Source: Epiperipatus broadwayi (Eukaryota; Animalia; Onychophora). Taken from it: a stretch of DNA of 64,000 nucleotides. This document shows, in pieces, positions 63,635 to 64,000 of this stretch; the stretch's first letter is position 1; each line of letters starts with the position of its first letter. Both the position numbers and the translations under genes were made by a program. Under the pieces are notes generated by a model. It searched no databases. It had not been told where the DNA came from and saw only the letters and a list, made by a program, of their open reading frames with translations. The stretch lies in contig JAQFVV010000002.1 in NCBI GenBank assembly GCA_028023455.1, positions 13,020,001 through 13,084,000 on the forward strand, read 5' to 3'.

Positions 63635-64000
63635 AAAGTGTGTATGTTGTTATATGTGCAGACTATTTGTTGAATAACAAACAACATTTTCAGCAGGATT
63701 CAATAATTGGAGAAATTTAATCACAAGCTTGAAAGAACATGAATTTTCACTGTGTCATTTCAAATCAATGTTAAATCTCCAAATACGATCATCAATTACT
63801 TAATGTGTTAATATGTACCTACAAAAGCAAATTGACTCAGAACAAAAATATTGGTGAACCATTTTAAAATGAATGATTGCCACTATGAAACTATTGTCCA
63901 ATTTGGAAAGAATATTTTGTAGCCACAAAAAAGGCATAGATTTCAATTGAAAGGGAAATTTCACAAGTTGTATGAAGTATTTTGCAGAATTCAATAGATT

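Noticed and set aside
1-64000. CRISPR arrays, rRNA genes or prokaryotic operons
   Set aside because: No regularly spaced identical repeats with unique spacers, no rRNA-like sequence, and spliceosomal introns plus LINEs indicate a eukaryote.

Overview
Very AT-rich eukaryotic (probably invertebrate animal) genomic DNA that is mostly intron and repeat. I can support one host gene: two + strand exons of a CYP4-clan cytochrome P450 (32323-32408, 86 nt; 59718-59908, 191 nt). They splice in frame across a 27.3-kb intron. Mobile elements seen: a full-length but disrupted L1/Tx1-clade LINE (47538-53483, minus, 15-bp TSD); a 5'-truncated L1-clade copy with an open RT/zinc-finger frame (about 18962-20943); two RTE fragments; a decayed mariner; a Penelope-like (PLE) GIY-YIG relic with an inverted terminal repeat; four tRNA-Gly-derived SINE-like copies; and decayed LTR-like sequence. 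The most striking pattern is a set of at least four unrelated non-coding fold-back insertion families. Many copies have 10-17 bp TSDs and carry minimal type I hammerhead ribozyme motifs (CUGANGA-stem II-GAAA-palindromic loop 3-UH). One family has a compensatory U3-A8 core. All folds and alignments were done by eye, with no database search. Coordinates of decayed repeats are approximate.
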